The translations under genes and the position numbers were made by a program. From contig OZ076414.1 of the NCBI GenBank assembly GCA_964187785.1, positions 72,354,001-72,418,000 on the forward strand: a stretch of DNA of 64,000 nucleotides, given 5' to 3'. Shown here piece after piece: positions 62,530 through 64,000 of the stretch (the stretch's first letter is position 1; each line of letters opens with the position of its first letter). Source of the DNA: Amphiscolops sp. MND2022 (Eukaryota). The notes under the pieces are model-generated. The model worked only from the letters and a program-made list of their open reading frames with translations. It did not search any database and was not told where the DNA came from.

Positions 62530-63892
62530 GTGAGACATTTTTTTTTCGAAAATTTGTTTTATCTCCAAAGGGTCCCATCCTTCTACTGCGACAAAAATGT
62601 TGACCATTTCGGAAGTGTTCCCCTTTTAGCGCGCCAGTCGGTTCATTTTTTTTACTTTTTTCGATTTTCGAGTACTGTAAATTGACTCTTGGAAGTCCTA
62701 TTGCTATTTTTGAGCCTTGGACATGACGCCGACTTGGGCTGGTCCCGGCTTGTCACTCATTGACGTTACAAGTCATTCATTCCTTAAGTCGCTTCGATGT
62801 TACTATGAGTGTTTTTATCACAACATGGATCATAAAGCTCAAACAGTTTTATTTTGTAGTCTTCCTATGTGCATCCTTTAGAATGAAGAAAATTCTGAAC
62901 GAATAATCGACAACAGAAAAAGTTGAATAAAATCAGTTTTCTAATCAATGTTTTCTATCAAAAGTAATTGTAATTAAAACTGTTCAATGAAAAATTCTAA
63001 TGTGATTCTAATTGAAAACTCTTATGAAGTTTCTTTTCAAAAGTCTAAAGAGTCAACTTCCGTCTGATACTGAAACCATGCCGTTTTCATCTGGATACAG
63101 GTTATCGCCCTCCGGTGTAATCGCGCAGTGATGGTGTGGGATCGTTGTCTATTTTTCTCGAAAATCAAAATTGAATGATACTAACTTGAGTAATGTGATT
63201 TCCCTCAGAAAGTTTTTCGACTAGAAACCAGCAATATTTTTTTGCGCTGATTCCTGTGAAATGAAATGCGAGAATTCCAGAGAACCCATATTGTTCATGC
63301 TGAGTGAGGAGCTGCGAAATTTCTGAATGCCACAGAATCAGTGAGAGCAAAGGCCGGAATTTGAAGAAAAAATTTTCGTTTGATTATAATCATTTCATAA
63401 CTAACAAAGATTACAAATTGAAACAAAACCCAATCTGGACAGGAATTTTAGATTTGGATATTGTAGCTTGATCGTGATACGTAGTTGAGAATTTCGTGAG
63501 ACTCTTCCGTCCCGCATGGGAAAATTGCTCGTTTCCTTTCGACGCGCGGGAAAATTGCAGATTTTTCCCGCGCCGCGCGGGTACAGTGCTCGTTATCCCG
63601 TTAGTTGTTGAGAAAGTGGATACTCTTCGTGTTTTAATGAGACATTTCCAACCGCGCGCGGGAAATGCAGTTAGCGCTTTGTTGAAATGATTGACCTGTT
63701 ATAATGTAACTGAGGATATGTTTCATACAGCAAAACTAAATAAGTGTAAATTAGTAATTCGTCAGGCTTTAACATTTCATTTTAAAAGAATTGTACCTTT
63801 TAAAAAATTACTCATTGCTTTGTCAGTGTTCGTACCTTAAAATGCTATACAGTTGTCATGACTCTCGTCATGTACGCTCTTACAAAGTTACG

Positions 63893-63942
63893 GGAAAGTC
63901 CCATAATGGCTCACAGTGGAAATTCCCATAGCAGCCCCGCCC
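63893..63942. promoter_or_regulatory. Two NF-kB/Rel consensus sites plus a GC box
   Basis: GGAAAGTCCC (63893-902; reverse complement GGGACTTTCC), GGAAATTCCC (63918-927; reverse complement GGGAATTTCC), CCCCGCCC (63935-942). Confidence 0.5.
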
Positions 63943-64000
63943 TCCCTGCATTGTTTGTAGTAGGAAGGCCCCGTTTCTCCCTCACACCACTTGTATTTAA

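Overview
AT-rich, repeat-dense eukaryotic (animal-like) genomic DNA with GT-AG introns; no prokaryotic features and no CRISPR. From left to right: small MITEs and tRNA-derived SINE-like heads; a decayed Polinton/adintovirus-type family-B DNA polymerase with an unusual acidic C-terminal tail; an 87-bp minisatellite; an intact, intronless, very divergent uS5 (RPS2) paralogue; a FLYWCH zinc-finger ORF; the 3' exons of an ATF7IP/Windei-like gene; a 5-exon minus-strand gene (Trp-rich SH3/Tudor-like domain + acidic repeat + coiled coil) next to a 7.1-kb array of a 130-bp satellite, both bracketed by two overlapping pieces of an LTR-like repeat; an LTR-like element remnant carrying a chuvirus-type (class III) envelope pseudogene and a TRAF pseudogene but no recognisable gag/pol; about 14 tandem copies (plus one displaced copy) of a ~1.16-kb unit carrying a second, degenerate uS5 paralogue; nested 3.9-kb/2.6-kb tandem units made of a JmjC-dioxygenase gene plus a BEL/Pao LTR, PBS and gag; and a paired NF-kB-type site cluster at the right end. 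All family assignments come from motif recognition by eye, not from database searches; coordinates of decayed features are approximate.
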